Assembly: GCA_963422265.1 (NCBI GenBank)
Contig: OY729416.1
Location: forward strand, 1,440,001 to 1,504,000
Source of the DNA: Thermodesulfobacteriota bacterium
GTDB lineage: Bacteria > Desulfobacterota_D > UBA1144 > Nemesobacterales > UBA2774
Direction of reading: 5' to 3'
Length of the DNA: 64,000 nucleotides
Shown here: positions 39,516-49,071 of the stretch, piece after piece
Layout: every line of letters begins with the position of its first letter
Numbering within the stretch: position 1 is the first letter of the stretch
Position numbers and translations under genes: made by a program
The notes under the pieces: model-generated
The model's input: the letters and a program-made list of their open reading frames with translations, nothing else
Database searches by the model: none
Told to the model about the DNA's origin: nothing

Positions 39516-40144
39516 GTCAACCTCCTTCAATTGGATTATGTTATAATGCTAACCAAGTCTAAAATATATCAACCCCAAACATCTTTTGCCTTAATTATCC
39601 CATATAATGAGACTAAGTTCAAGTAGTTACCATATGCAAATAATTACCATCTAATTTTTCAAGGGGCACCGCTTTGAGGCAACTCAGAGGTCGATAGAAA
39701 CTCTCGCTTCCTATACAGTCGTAACCCCTGAACGGCACTTACGCTTACTCCACCTTATCATTGCTCGCTTTCCTAGTTACTATAATAAGTCTCCCAGCTA
39801 GGCAAGTACCTAAATAGTTACGTGAAAGCAAAAAACTTGGACAATACATAACAGAATTCGGGAATAAGATATATTACATAGTGGGTTTCATTGTAGGCAT
39901 ATCTACAATAGTTACCATACTGGTAAACTTTCTTGGTTAATAGAGATTACCCCATAACTAGTTACTGAGTGGTACTTGCTCTAATTTAATGATCCTCATA
40001 AATCCCTAAAGCCTATCATCACCTACAGAGTTGGGACACGATGGCTTGGACGACTACCCAAGCAGGTCGCCTGTTGCGTTTTACCCCAATTTCACTATCA
40101 TTTGTCGTATAAAGCGCGTGCTTCAGCACGTGATAATTAAATAT

Positions 40145-41344
40145 ATGGATATTCTCACTGCCCTTGAAACGTCGTATAGATCAATAGCGGCAAACAAAAT
40201 CCGCTCCATATTGACAACGCTTGGGATTATCATAGGCGTCGCCGCGGTGATTATACTCATTTCCGTTACGCAGGGAGCCAAACGGAAAATTGAAGAACAG
40301 GTAACGGGGCTAGGTGGAAAATCGCTTATCATTAAGAGAGGGAAGAGAGGGGTTGAAGGTAATAAACTCATAAATCTTTCAGATAGAGACGTAGAAGCGA
40401 TAAAAAAATTAGAAACCGTGCAATATGCAGTACCCCTAAATGATACCGGATGGCAAGTTAGCAGAGGCGACAAGAGCTGGTTCACAACTATTCTAGGTAC
40501 CTCGCCAGATTTTGTATTTATAAACGATTGGTTCACTGGAAAGGGGAGTTTCTTTAATAGTCTTGACGTCCAGGGGTCAAAGAAAGTCTGCGCACTTGGA
40601 AGCACGGTGGCTGAGAGGTTATTTGGCAGTCAAAATCCCATACATCAACACGTAAGAATAAAAGATAACTCCTTCCTAGTAATCGGCGTTATGCGCCCGC
40701 TGGGTCCGACCCCGACAGGGAAGGGGCAGGATGATCTGATAATAATTCCTCACACTACGTATAAGAAAACAATAGAAGCATTTTCAACCTTAGAAGCCAT
40801 CTCGGTATCAGTAAAAAACAAGGAAGAGATATACGTTGCGGAGAAGGAGATAGGCAATCTGATAAGAGAGCGCAATAATCTAAGCCCCGACGATAAAGAC
40901 GCCTTCTACATACGAAATCAAACTTCGGTTATAAACAGAATCTTTACCATCACTAAAATAATGAGCGTCCTGCTTGGCGGTATCGCCTCAATTTCGCTTA
41001 TCGTAGGCGGCATCGGAATAATGAACATTATGCTCGTGTCGGTTAAAGAAAGAACCAAAGAAATTGGAATAAGATTAGCCGTGGGGGCAACGGAGAAGGA
41101 TATACTGACCCAGTTTTTAGTAGAGGCGATCCTGCTCTCGTCCGTAGGGGGTGCAATAGGCATTCTGGTTGGTATAGCAGGGTCTCATATAGCAACTAAT
41201 CTTACAAACTGGACAACTGCCGTAACGCCCGGCTCGATTCTCATCTCCTTTGGCTTCTCCGCCGCTATAGGAATATTTTTCGGATTATACCCTGCCGTTC
41301 AAGCCTCAAAGATGAACCCCATACAGGCTCTGAGATATGAGTGA
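40145..41344 (+). CDS. MacB/FtsX-family ABC transporter permease
   Basis: RSILTTLGIIIGVAAVI, VGGIGIMNIMLVSVKERTKEIGIR, ALRYE. Confidence 0.9.
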   Translation: MDILTALETSYRSIAANKIRSILTTLGIIIGVAAVIILISVTQGAKRKIEEQVTGLGGKSLIIKRGKRGVEGNKLINLSDRDVEAIKKLETVQYAVPLNDTGWQVSRGDKSWFTTILGTSPDFVFINDWFTGKGSFFNSLDVQGSKKVCALGSTVAERLFGSQNPIHQHVRIKDNSFLVIGVMRPLGPTPTGKGQDDLIIIPHTTYKKTIEAFSTLEAISVSVKNKEEIYVAEKEIGNLIRERNNLSPDDKDAFYIRNQTSVINRIFTITKIMSVLLGGIASISLIVGGIGIMNIMLVSVKERTKEIGIRLAVGATEKDILTQFLVEAILLSSVGGAIGILVGIAGSHIATNLTNWTTAVTPGSILISFGFSAAIGIFFGLYPAVQASKMNPIQALRYE

Positions 41345-41465
41345 CCCCGTCGCGTCACTCTTGTAAAAGTTATGCGTAAACCTATCTTTGATCGTAAGCG
41401 GAGCTCGTAAACCTAAAAAACAGGTAGCTTTTGCAGTCCCGAGCAACAAGCAAATTGATCGAGAA

Positions 41466-42767
41466 ATGACTACCTCAGTCTCAAATACAAAAAAGCGCGG
41501 CGAAGCGCTTAGCTGGTGCATGTATGATTGGGCAAACTCCGCTTTCGCGACTACCGTCATGGCAGCCTTGCTCCCGGTCTACTACAGCAGGGTTGCAGGA
41601 GCCGGCTTATCGCCTAGCACCGCTACGGTATATTGGGCATATACTACTGTCATAGCCCTGCTTATCACGGCGCTTTTAGCCCCTATAATGGGCGCAATAG
41701 CAGATTACAAGGGTTACAAAAAGAGGTTTCTCGCTGCTTTTGCGGCGCTCGGCGTCTTCGCCACGGCGCTTCTATATTTTGTAACTACCGGTGATTGGAT
41801 CATAGCATCCTTGTTTTACGTGATAGGCAACGTGGGTTTTGCAAGCTCGGAAGTGTTCTATAACTCTCTATTGCCCAACGTGGCAGAGCCGCAACGCATG
41901 GATTATTTATCCACGAAGGGCTACGCCCTGGGCTACCTCGGCGGGGGCGTCTTACTCGGCGTAAACGTTCTGATGATTGAGCTTATGCAAGATAAAGAAC
42001 TGGCTACGCGCCTCTCCTTTGTTGCTGCGTCAATATGGTGGGCGGTCTTTACTATTCCCATACTGCTTAACGTAAGAGAATCTAAAACGCTTAATAAAAA
42101 CGCAAGTAAGGAGAGCCTCCCCGCGCTAGGAGTCGGAGACGCGCTCTCTACTGGCTTTACGAGACTCTTGAAAACCTTTAAGGAGCTTAGGAGACACAGG
42201 GAACCATTCCTCTTTCTCATAGCCTTTTGGGTTTATAACGACGGAATAGGCACAATAATAAAAATGGCGACGATTTACGGAGTTGAGGTTGGTATCGACC
42301 AAATGGCTCTCATAGGAGCGCTCCTAATGACCCAATTCGTAGGTATTCCCTTTTCATTAGCCTTTGGCAGATTGGCGGGTTACATAGGCGCTAAAAACTC
42401 TATCTTTATCGGACTGATCTCTTACACGTTGATCTCTATAGGTGGTTACTTCATGCAAACGGCGCTCCATTTCTGGACGCTGGCATTTTTCGTAGGAGTC
42501 GTGCAGGGGGGCACCCAGGCGCTAAGCAGGTCGTTTTTTGGTTCTATGCTACCTAAAGCTAAGACGGCAGAGTTCTTTGGCTTCTACGGAATGAGTTCAA
42601 AGCTTGCGGGAATCGCAGGACCGCTCTTATTTGCAGTCGTCTCTCAGATAGCTGGCTCAAGTCGCTTGAGCATAGTATCTCTAATAGTATTTTTCATCTT
42701 GGGGGGCGCTTTGCTGAGCCTTGTAAATGAGAGGAAAGGCGTATGCGCGGCTAAACATTATAGATAA
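41466..42767 (+). CDS. MFS transporter (UMF1/Atg22-like)
   Basis: WCMYDWANSAF, YNSLLP, GYALGYLGG, QALSRS, EFFGFY. Confidence 0.9.
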   Translation: MTTSVSNTKKRGEALSWCMYDWANSAFATTVMAALLPVYYSRVAGAGLSPSTATVYWAYTTVIALLITALLAPIMGAIADYKGYKKRFLAAFAALGVFATALLYFVTTGDWIIASLFYVIGNVGFASSEVFYNSLLPNVAEPQRMDYLSTKGYALGYLGGGVLLGVNVLMIELMQDKELATRLSFVAASIWWAVFTIPILLNVRESKTLNKNASKESLPALGVGDALSTGFTRLLKTFKELRRHREPFLFLIAFWVYNDGIGTIIKMATIYGVEVGIDQMALIGALLMTQFVGIPFSLAFGRLAGYIGAKNSIFIGLISYTLISIGGYFMQTALHFWTLAFFVGVVQGGTQALSRSFFGSMLPKAKTAEFFGFYGMSSKLAGIAGPLLFAVVSQIAGSSRLSIVSLIVFFILGGALLSLVNERKGVCAAKHYR

Positions 42768-42861
42768 AGTTATACAACCCCCTTTTGTAGAGAAAGAAAT
42801 TCTCTGTTTTCAGTAACGAATGAGCTTAACTACCTGTCAACATTGAAAATAAAAAAGATGC

Positions 42862-42974
42862 TTGACAACATACTCAGCCGTCCGTTATTATGAGTTCGCC
42901 TGTTTTATTGCTGCATATCTTGTCCAAATCCTACTATCAAAGTTGTCCACATGCTGTTGACTGCCTGTTGATAA
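42862..42974 (+). promoter_or_regulatory. dnaA promoter with DnaA boxes
   Basis: ttgaca-18bp-tattat; boxes ttgtccaca (42943), tgttgataa (42966), ttgtccaaa (42920). Confidence 0.7.
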
Positions 42975-43010
42975 CCTGTATTTATGTTAACGGAGGGTTA
43001 ATAGGAAAAG

Positions 43011-44567
43011 ATGGAAGAAGAAACAAAACTCATCAAATACGATTTGAGGTCGGTTTTTTCAAAACTAAGCGAGGGTGAGAATAAAGGGCTGGAGATATTA
43101 ATAAAGCAGGCTATTCGTCAGGACGAAACAACGGCAAGATGCTTTCCTACGCGCTTTAAACCTGAAACTGAACGGACGGAACACCAAGCTAGAAAAGCAT
43201 CCTGGAAAAAGGTTTTAGAGATTATAGAGAGAAAGTCCAATCCGCAGGTATTCTCTTGGTTTACCCCTCTAAAAGCTTTGGTAGAAAGCGAAAAGAGTCT
43301 TGCTCTTGAAGCGAGCAGCGAGTTTGATAGAGACTGGATAAACAACAATTACATGGGTTTTATTAAAGAGGCTGTGGAAGAATTATACGGCGACGCGGTC
43401 GAGCTGAAAATCGTATCGCCCCTTCAGCAACCCCAGGACCGGGAGGACCAGGACACTACGCTCCAAAACACATTTAGCCATGGAAAAGAATCCGCTCCTA
43501 AAGGAGGACACAAAAAACGTGACGAAGGACACCCAAAATTAAACCCAAACTACTCATTCGACAGATTCATCGTAGGGCCTAGCAACCAGTTTCCCCATGC
43601 TGCTTCAGTAGCAGTCGCAACTAATCCGGGCAAGGCTTATAACCCCCTATTTATTCACGGAGGGGTTGGGCTTGGCAAAACACATTTACTTAACGCAATT
43701 GGGAACTATATAAAAAGCTCACAGCCCAATGCAAGGATATGTTGCATCTCAGCAGAGAGTTTTACAAATCAGATGATAAATAGCATAAAGTCTAACAGAA
43801 TGGAAGAGTTTAGAAGCAGATACAGATTCGGGTGCGATGTTTTATTAATTGACGACGTGCAGTTCATTGCAGGAAAGGAAAGCACGCAGGAAGAATTTTT
43901 TCATACCTTCAACACCCTTTACGAATCAAAAAAACAGATTGCGCTTACAAGCGATAAATCCCCAAAGGATATGTCGTATTTAGAAGAGAGGCTCCGCTCC
44001 AGATTCGAATGGGGACTCATAACCGATATACAACCCCCAGAGACCGAAACCCGGACAGCTATCATAAAGAACAAGACGGATTCAGAAAGAGTCGCGGTTT
44101 CAGATGAAGTAGCACTTTATTTAGCTAAAAACACATCTTCAAATGTTAGAGAGCTTGAGGGGATGCTCACTAACATAATAGCCCGCGCAAGACTGCTGAA
44201 TACCGAAATTTCACTAGAACTTGCTAAAGACGTTCTAAAGACCATTGTAAAAAAACAGGAAAAGAAGCCTCTTACCATAGAATTTATACAAGGAGAGGTA
44301 GCTAAATTCTACGGATTAAAGATAAGCGAGCTAAAATCTGAAAGAAAGCAGAAGAATATAATCCAGCCTAGACAAACTGCAATGTATTTAGCAAGAAAAT
44401 GTATAGGGGCATCATATCCTGAGATAGGTGAAAAATTCGGTGGCAAGGATCACTCCACCGTTATCCACGCCGTCAAGAAAATAGAAAAGAATCTAGCCGA
44501 AGACCACTCCTTAGCAAAGACCTTGGATTTCTTCTCTCAAAAATTTGAAACGTTAACTCAGGAGTAA
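43011..44567 (+). CDS. dnaA: Chromosomal replication initiator DnaA
   Basis: YNPLFIHGGVGLGKTHL, LLIDDVQF, RLRSRF, FGGKDHSTVIHA. Confidence 0.98.
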   Translation: MEEETKLIKYDLRSVFSKLSEGENKGLEILIKQAIRQDETTARCFPTRFKPETERTEHQARKASWKKVLEIIERKSNPQVFSWFTPLKALVESEKSLALEASSEFDRDWINNNYMGFIKEAVEELYGDAVELKIVSPLQQPQDREDQDTTLQNTFSHGKESAPKGGHKKRDEGHPKLNPNYSFDRFIVGPSNQFPHAASVAVATNPGKAYNPLFIHGGVGLGKTHLLNAIGNYIKSSQPNARICCISAESFTNQMINSIKSNRMEEFRSRYRFGCDVLLIDDVQFIAGKESTQEEFFHTFNTLYESKKQIALTSDKSPKDMSYLEERLRSRFEWGLITDIQPPETETRTAIIKNKTDSERVAVSDEVALYLAKNTSSNVRELEGMLTNIIARARLLNTEISLELAKDVLKTIVKKQEKKPLTIEFIQGEVAKFYGLKISELKSERKQKNIIQPRQTAMYLARKCIGASYPEIGEKFGGKDHSTVIHAVKKIEKNLAEDHSLAKTLDFFSQKFETLTQE

Positions 44568-44804
44568 AAGATGTGTATAAATTGTGGAATAATTTCCAAC
44601 CACTCTGTGTATAAACTTAACTATAAGGCTTCTGTGGATAAAGCTTAAAAGAGACTCCATGCTTTCAACATAATTATCAACATGAAAAGACTAATATATA
44701 TAGTAGGATAGGATACTTTTACACAAGTCAACAGTTCCTACTAGTACTACTATTGAATATTTAGAATAATTTCTTTTATTAATCATAGTGAGGGAGTAAT
44801 AGTT
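44568..44804. other. Replication origin oriC (DnaA boxes, DnaA-trios, AT-rich tract)
   Basis: Boxes tgtgtataa (44572, 44606), tgtggataa (44633), ttatcaaca (44674), ttttacaca (44717); trios ctactagtactactat (44738-44753). Confidence 0.88.
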
Positions 44805-46067
44805 ATGAGATTTAGAACCCAAGTAGAAAATTTCTCGTTAAGACTAGGGTTGGTTCAGGGTATTTCTGAAAGGCGCGCCGCCATGCCAGTATTATCCCAC
44901 GTCCTAGTTACAGCCAAAGAAGACAAGATAGAGATTTGCGCGACAGATTTAGAAACCACAATGGTGACCTGGTGTCCGGCTGACGTCGTGCAGCAAGGTA
45001 GTTTAGCCTTGCCAGCGAGAAAGCTGTTTGAAATAGTGAGGGAGTTGTTAAGCGGAGACTCTGCCCGTGAAGGAGAGATTGAAATAGATGAGATAGGCAA
45101 CCATTGGGTAGAGGTTAAATCTCTCTCCACGAATTTTAAGATAGCCGGGTTGCCTAGCGAAGATTTTCCTATAATTCCTGAGTTTAAATCGGATTCCCTT
45201 CTCTCTCTAAAGAGCTCCGTTGTTGAAGCAATGATATCAAAGACTATATTTGCGGTGTCCTCCGATGAGCTAAGAAGAAACTTAGCCGGGATATTTTTTG
45301 ACGGGAGCAATGCCCCAAACCAGTCTTTAGAATCCACCCGTGAGGGATCCCAAGGCAGCTCCCTAAGGTTGGTAGCGACTGATGGGCATCGCTTGTCTAT
45401 CGTAGAAAATAGTATGGACGTCGTCACTAATCTTGACAAACAAAGTGCCGTTGAGGGTGAACAGGTGGTTCAAGATAGTGAAGACGCCAGTCCAGAACTT
45501 ATTTTAGGTTTTGGCGAAGGTTTTGTCGTTCCTAAAAAAGGGGTTGCTGAGCTTAGAAAGATTTTGAGGCTATCAGAAACCGTTAGGATAGGACTGGGGG
45601 AGAATTTCTTCACGGCTGAAGGCGAAGAGATAATACTTATTTCAAGGCTAATAGACGCTGAATTTCCCAATTATGAGCAAGTTATTCCTAAATCTTCTAA
45701 GACAACTATTATAATTACTCGTAGTGAGTTTTTAGGTGCTCTAAAGAGGGTATCTATACTTTCATCTGAAAAAACCAGGGGTGTAAAGTTTAAATTAGGT
45801 CAGGATGGCATAACCCTAGTTACCATATCTCCAGAAGTAGGGGAGGCTAAGGAACTTGTGCCGGCAGAGTATTCCGGAGAGCCTATGGAGCTTGGATTTA
45901 ACTCAAGGTATTTATTGGACGTTTTAGAGGTAATAACTCATGATAAGGTGCAGTTAGGTCTGACGGACGAGCTCAGCCCTGTCGTAATCAAGCCTGATCC
46001 TGAAACAAGTTCTGGACTGGTTGAAGGGGAGTCTTACCTGTCCGTTATAATGCCTATGAGGATTTAA
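44805..46067 (+). CDS. dnaN: DNA polymerase III beta clamp, with insertions (420 aa)
   Basis: ATDLE, VATDGHRL, SRLIDAEFPNY, GFNSRYLLD, IMPMRI. Confidence 0.97.
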   Translation: MRFRTQVENFSLRLGLVQGISERRAAMPVLSHVLVTAKEDKIEICATDLETTMVTWCPADVVQQGSLALPARKLFEIVRELLSGDSAREGEIEIDEIGNHWVEVKSLSTNFKIAGLPSEDFPIIPEFKSDSLLSLKSSVVEAMISKTIFAVSSDELRRNLAGIFFDGSNAPNQSLESTREGSQGSSLRLVATDGHRLSIVENSMDVVTNLDKQSAVEGEQVVQDSEDASPELILGFGEGFVVPKKGVAELRKILRLSETVRIGLGENFFTAEGEEIILISRLIDAEFPNYEQVIPKSSKTTIIITRSEFLGALKRVSILSSEKTRGVKFKLGQDGITLVTISPEVGEAKELVPAEYSGEPMELGFNSRYLLDVLEVITHDKVQLGLTDELSPVVIKPDPETSSGLVEGESYLSVIMPMRI

Positions 46068-46080
46068 TCCCCCCCATTAT

Positions 46081-46863
46081 ATGTTGGACCTGCTATTCCC
46101 TAATACGTGTGCTTACTGCGAAAGGATGACCACCGAATGCTATAGCCGAAATCACCAATTGTTAGGAAGCAAGGCTATATGTGATGAGTGCAGTGGCAGC
46201 ATAAGATTTATAGATAGGTTTTCCAGTTGCTCTAAGTGTGGGGTTCCATTCGGCTTTTTCGTATCTTCCGCCGAGCATTCTCCGATTACCCATGAATCAG
46301 AAAATAACTCGGCTACGAATAATCATTTATGCTCCGACTGCTTAAAAGGGAAATTCCATTTTAATAAGTCTAGGTCCGTTGCTTTATACGAAGGCAAAAT
46401 AAGAGATATGATTCATAAGTTTAAGTATGATGGGTATTTGGTTTTTGGAGATTCCCTGTCCGACGTATTGGTAATGAACTTGCCTCAAGACTTGGATGAG
46501 TTTGAGTTGATAGTTCCCGTTCCACTCTACATAGGTAAACTTAGAGCAAGGGAATTTAATCACTCAGCCATCTTCGCCAATGCGTTATCCCGTTCTACCG
46601 GGGTGAAGTGCGATGTTATGGGGCTAAAGAAAATTAGAGAAACAAGACCACAATTTCAAATTAAGGGTGAGATTGAAAGGCAAAAGAATGTAAAAGGGGC
46701 ATTCTCTGCTCCTGTTCCACACAGTTTCAGACGTAAGTCGGTACTGATTGTGGATGATGTGTTTACAACCGGATCAACTAGCGACGAGTGTGCTAAAATC
46801 CTGTTTAGATCGGGGGCGTCTCTGGTTCAAGTACTCACGATTGCAAGGGCGAAAGCTATGTAG
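46081..46863 (+). CDS. comF: ComF-family protein (zinc ribbons plus PRTase)
   Basis: LLFP..C..C, VPVPL, REFNHS, IVDDVFTTGST. Confidence 0.88.
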   Translation: MLDLLFPNTCAYCERMTTECYSRNHQLLGSKAICDECSGSIRFIDRFSSCSKCGVPFGFFVSSAEHSPITHESENNSATNNHLCSDCLKGKFHFNKSRSVALYEGKIRDMIHKFKYDGYLVFGDSLSDVLVMNLPQDLDEFELIVPVPLYIGKLRAREFNHSAIFANALSRSTGVKCDVMGLKKIRETRPQFQIKGEIERQKNVKGAFSAPVPHSFRRKSVLIVDDVFTTGSTSDECAKILFRSGASLVQVLTIARAKAM

Positions 46864-46984
46864 GATAAGTTTGACTTTGAAATACTTTTGTTTTAGAATT
46901 GGTATCTTACTTAAAAGCGTAGTTTTTAAGAGCGTGTAGAACTAAGATGCGTAATTTTAGACTATTAGGAGTGTAGAATATGGA

Positions 46985-48463
46985 GTGTGGTGCACAGTAA
47001 TGTACGGAAGGTTTGCAGGACTGGACGTAGGTAGAAAAGGGACAAGAATCTCCTTAATCAAAAGAGGGTTGAGGGAAACCCGGTTGCTCCGAACAATCCA
47101 CTCGAGCTCTTTGGACGAGGTTTTTAATGATAAATCTTTACCTAGAGGCGACTTAGCCGTTTCTTTGGCGTCTTCCCCGGTTTCTATTAGGTCAATCGGG
47201 TTTCCCTTCGCGGACCATAAGAAGATTGATCAAACTTACGAGTATGAGCTAGAGAGCGTGTCCACATTTGATCCGCGTGAAAAAATACATGCTTACCATC
47301 TCGTCAAGAGAGAAAAGGGAGCGGAAGCCCTGACTTGCGTTTTTGAAAAGTCCCAATTGGCAAAGCTGCTTGATTCTTACAATAAGGCTAAAATTGACCC
47401 TAAGGTTGTTACTTACGGTGCTATTGCCTTAGGGGCTTTGGATGGAGTGGTTGAAGGTGCTAGACCGCTTATCTTAATTGATATAGGGGATGTGGAAGTG
47501 TGCTTTACGCTGTTTGATAATAGGGGGGTCAGGCTAGTCAGGTCGTCAGAAGAGCCAATATCCTCGCTTTATGAAGGTATAGGTCAGAAGCTGGGCTTGT
47601 CTGATAACGAGGTCGATTTTTCGAAGCTGAACGTTAATCAGGAATCTCTTAAGGAATGTTTGGCGCATTTAATTAGAGAAATAAAAAGGACTATCAAATT
47701 CTTTGAGATTGAGTTGGAAGACGAGGTTAAGACCGTCCTGATTTCAGGCTTGGCGTCTAAAATCCCTGGTTTGAGGGATTTATTAAAGCGGGAGCTTAAT
47801 AGGGACGTTGGGTATGTACTTATACCTGATCTGGGGGTTGACCAATCTCCCGCGTTTGCCAAATCGTATGCGCTCGCCCTATACGGTGGCGTTTTTAAGA
47901 AAGGATATTTGAATTTTAGAAAGGGCGAATTTAGTTACGTAGGGGCGGGCTGGGAGCTTAGAAAGGCGTTTGCGACTCCTGCCATATTGCTCGCAACGCT
48001 TATTTTTCTTCTCCTGTTCAGTTCCGCTCTGCGCTACTTTGATCTGAGTAGTCGTGTGAGAACAGTGGACGCTCAGATTGCCCAGATTGTTAAGGATACT
48101 TTTCCAAAAGTCGAGGTGATTCCCAAACCGGATGAATTTATGGAAAACGAAGTCGCTAAGGTTAGGAGTAGGTTCAATCTCATGCAAGGGGCGGGGAGTG
48201 AGCCTAGCCCGCTAGACGTTTTGCGAGCCATATCTGAGAGTCTCCCGGAAAGTCTTAGTTTGACCGTGAATGAGATTAGGTTCGAGGGCACTAACAGGGT
48301 TAAGATAAGAGGAATATGCAACTCATATCAAGAGGTGACCGAGATAGAGGAAGCCCTTTCTAAATCAGGCGTATTTGAGACAGTTAAAAGAGATCAGACG
48401 GGTAACGCCGTTGACGGCAAGACTAAGTTTGAAATATCCACGATGTTAAAGTCGAAGGTGTAA
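46985..48463 (+). CDS. gspL: T2SS protein GspL (PilM-like cytoplasmic domain plus TM plus PilN-like domain)
   Basis: GLDVG actin-like start, LIDIG, LNFRKGEF, TM, SPLDVLRAIS. Confidence 0.78.
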   Translation: MWCTVMYGRFAGLDVGRKGTRISLIKRGLRETRLLRTIHSSSLDEVFNDKSLPRGDLAVSLASSPVSIRSIGFPFADHKKIDQTYEYELESVSTFDPREKIHAYHLVKREKGAEALTCVFEKSQLAKLLDSYNKAKIDPKVVTYGAIALGALDGVVEGARPLILIDIGDVEVCFTLFDNRGVRLVRSSEEPISSLYEGIGQKLGLSDNEVDFSKLNVNQESLKECLAHLIREIKRTIKFFEIELEDEVKTVLISGLASKIPGLRDLLKRELNRDVGYVLIPDLGVDQSPAFAKSYALALYGGVFKKGYLNFRKGEFSYVGAGWELRKAFATPAILLATLIFLLLFSSALRYFDLSSRVRTVDAQIAQIVKDTFPKVEVIPKPDEFMENEVAKVRSRFNLMQGAGSEPSPLDVLRAISESLPESLSLTVNEIRFEGTNRVKIRGICNSYQEVTEIEEALSKSGVFETVKRDQTGNAVDGKTKFEISTMLKSKV

Positions 48464-48470
48464 TGGAAGT

Positions 48471-49070
48471 ATGGACGTAAGCGCTCTGGTCTATAGGATA
48501 AAAGAGTTTGTTGCTCAGGTTCGTGAGAGAGCACAGGTTTTTTCAATAGCTGAAAGGGATAGAAAAATCCTATTGATGGGTTTGTGCATGCTTTTCATTA
48601 TTCTCCTTTCCCTTGTTTTTCACTCGTTTTCATCAGGAGCTGAACAGCTTGAGAGGCAGGCGCGGCAGCTTGAGGCGCGGCTCGGCAACGTAGAGGCACT
48701 TAGCGTTGCATACAGGGGTTTTCAGGAGAGGTTCAAAGAGCTTTCTAGTAAAGTAGAGAAGGATGAGGGTCCTCTCATATCGGTGGTCGAAAAGATACTT
48801 TTATCCGGGCAAATTGACAGAAGAAGGTTTTCTATAAGGGACGTAAATTCACCGGCTTTAGAATCGGACGATTTCTTCGAAGAACAGAGCGTGGACGTTG
48901 AGCTCAAAAAGATACCGCTAAACGACTTGGTTGGGGTATTGTATAAGATTCAGACGAAGTCGTCTTTTTTGAAGGTGTCGAACTTAAGCATTAGCACTAG
49001 ATTCGATAAATCGGACGCGATGAACGTTAGACTCAGGGTGTCGACCTATAGGATCAAGCAGGTGAGTTGA
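48471..49070 (+). CDS. gspM: T2SS protein GspM
   Basis: ERDRKIL-TM-coiled coil, VDVELKKIPLNDLVGVLYKI. Confidence 0.75.
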   Translation: MDVSALVYRIKEFVAQVRERAQVFSIAERDRKILLMGLCMLFIILLSLVFHSFSSGAEQLERQARQLEARLGNVEALSVAYRGFQERFKELSSKVEKDEGPLISVVEKILLSGQIDRRRFSIRDVNSPALESDDFFEEQSVDVELKKIPLNDLVGVLYKIQTKSSFLKVSNLSISTRFDKSDAMNVRLRVSTYRIKQVS

Positions 49071-49071
49071 A

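Noticed and set aside
40031-40144. Upstream TTG start of the ABC permease (likewise 25974, 39530 and 41388 for their genes)
   Set aside because: Family homology or RBS position favours the downstream starts
40145-41344. MacB-like permease without ATPase or MacA as a novel system
   Set aside because: Stand-alone permease paralogs are common; partners may be elsewhere in the genome
44855-45439. 194-aa ORF antisense to dnaN
   Set aside because: Shadow ORF; Ser/Ile-rich composition typical of antisense frames
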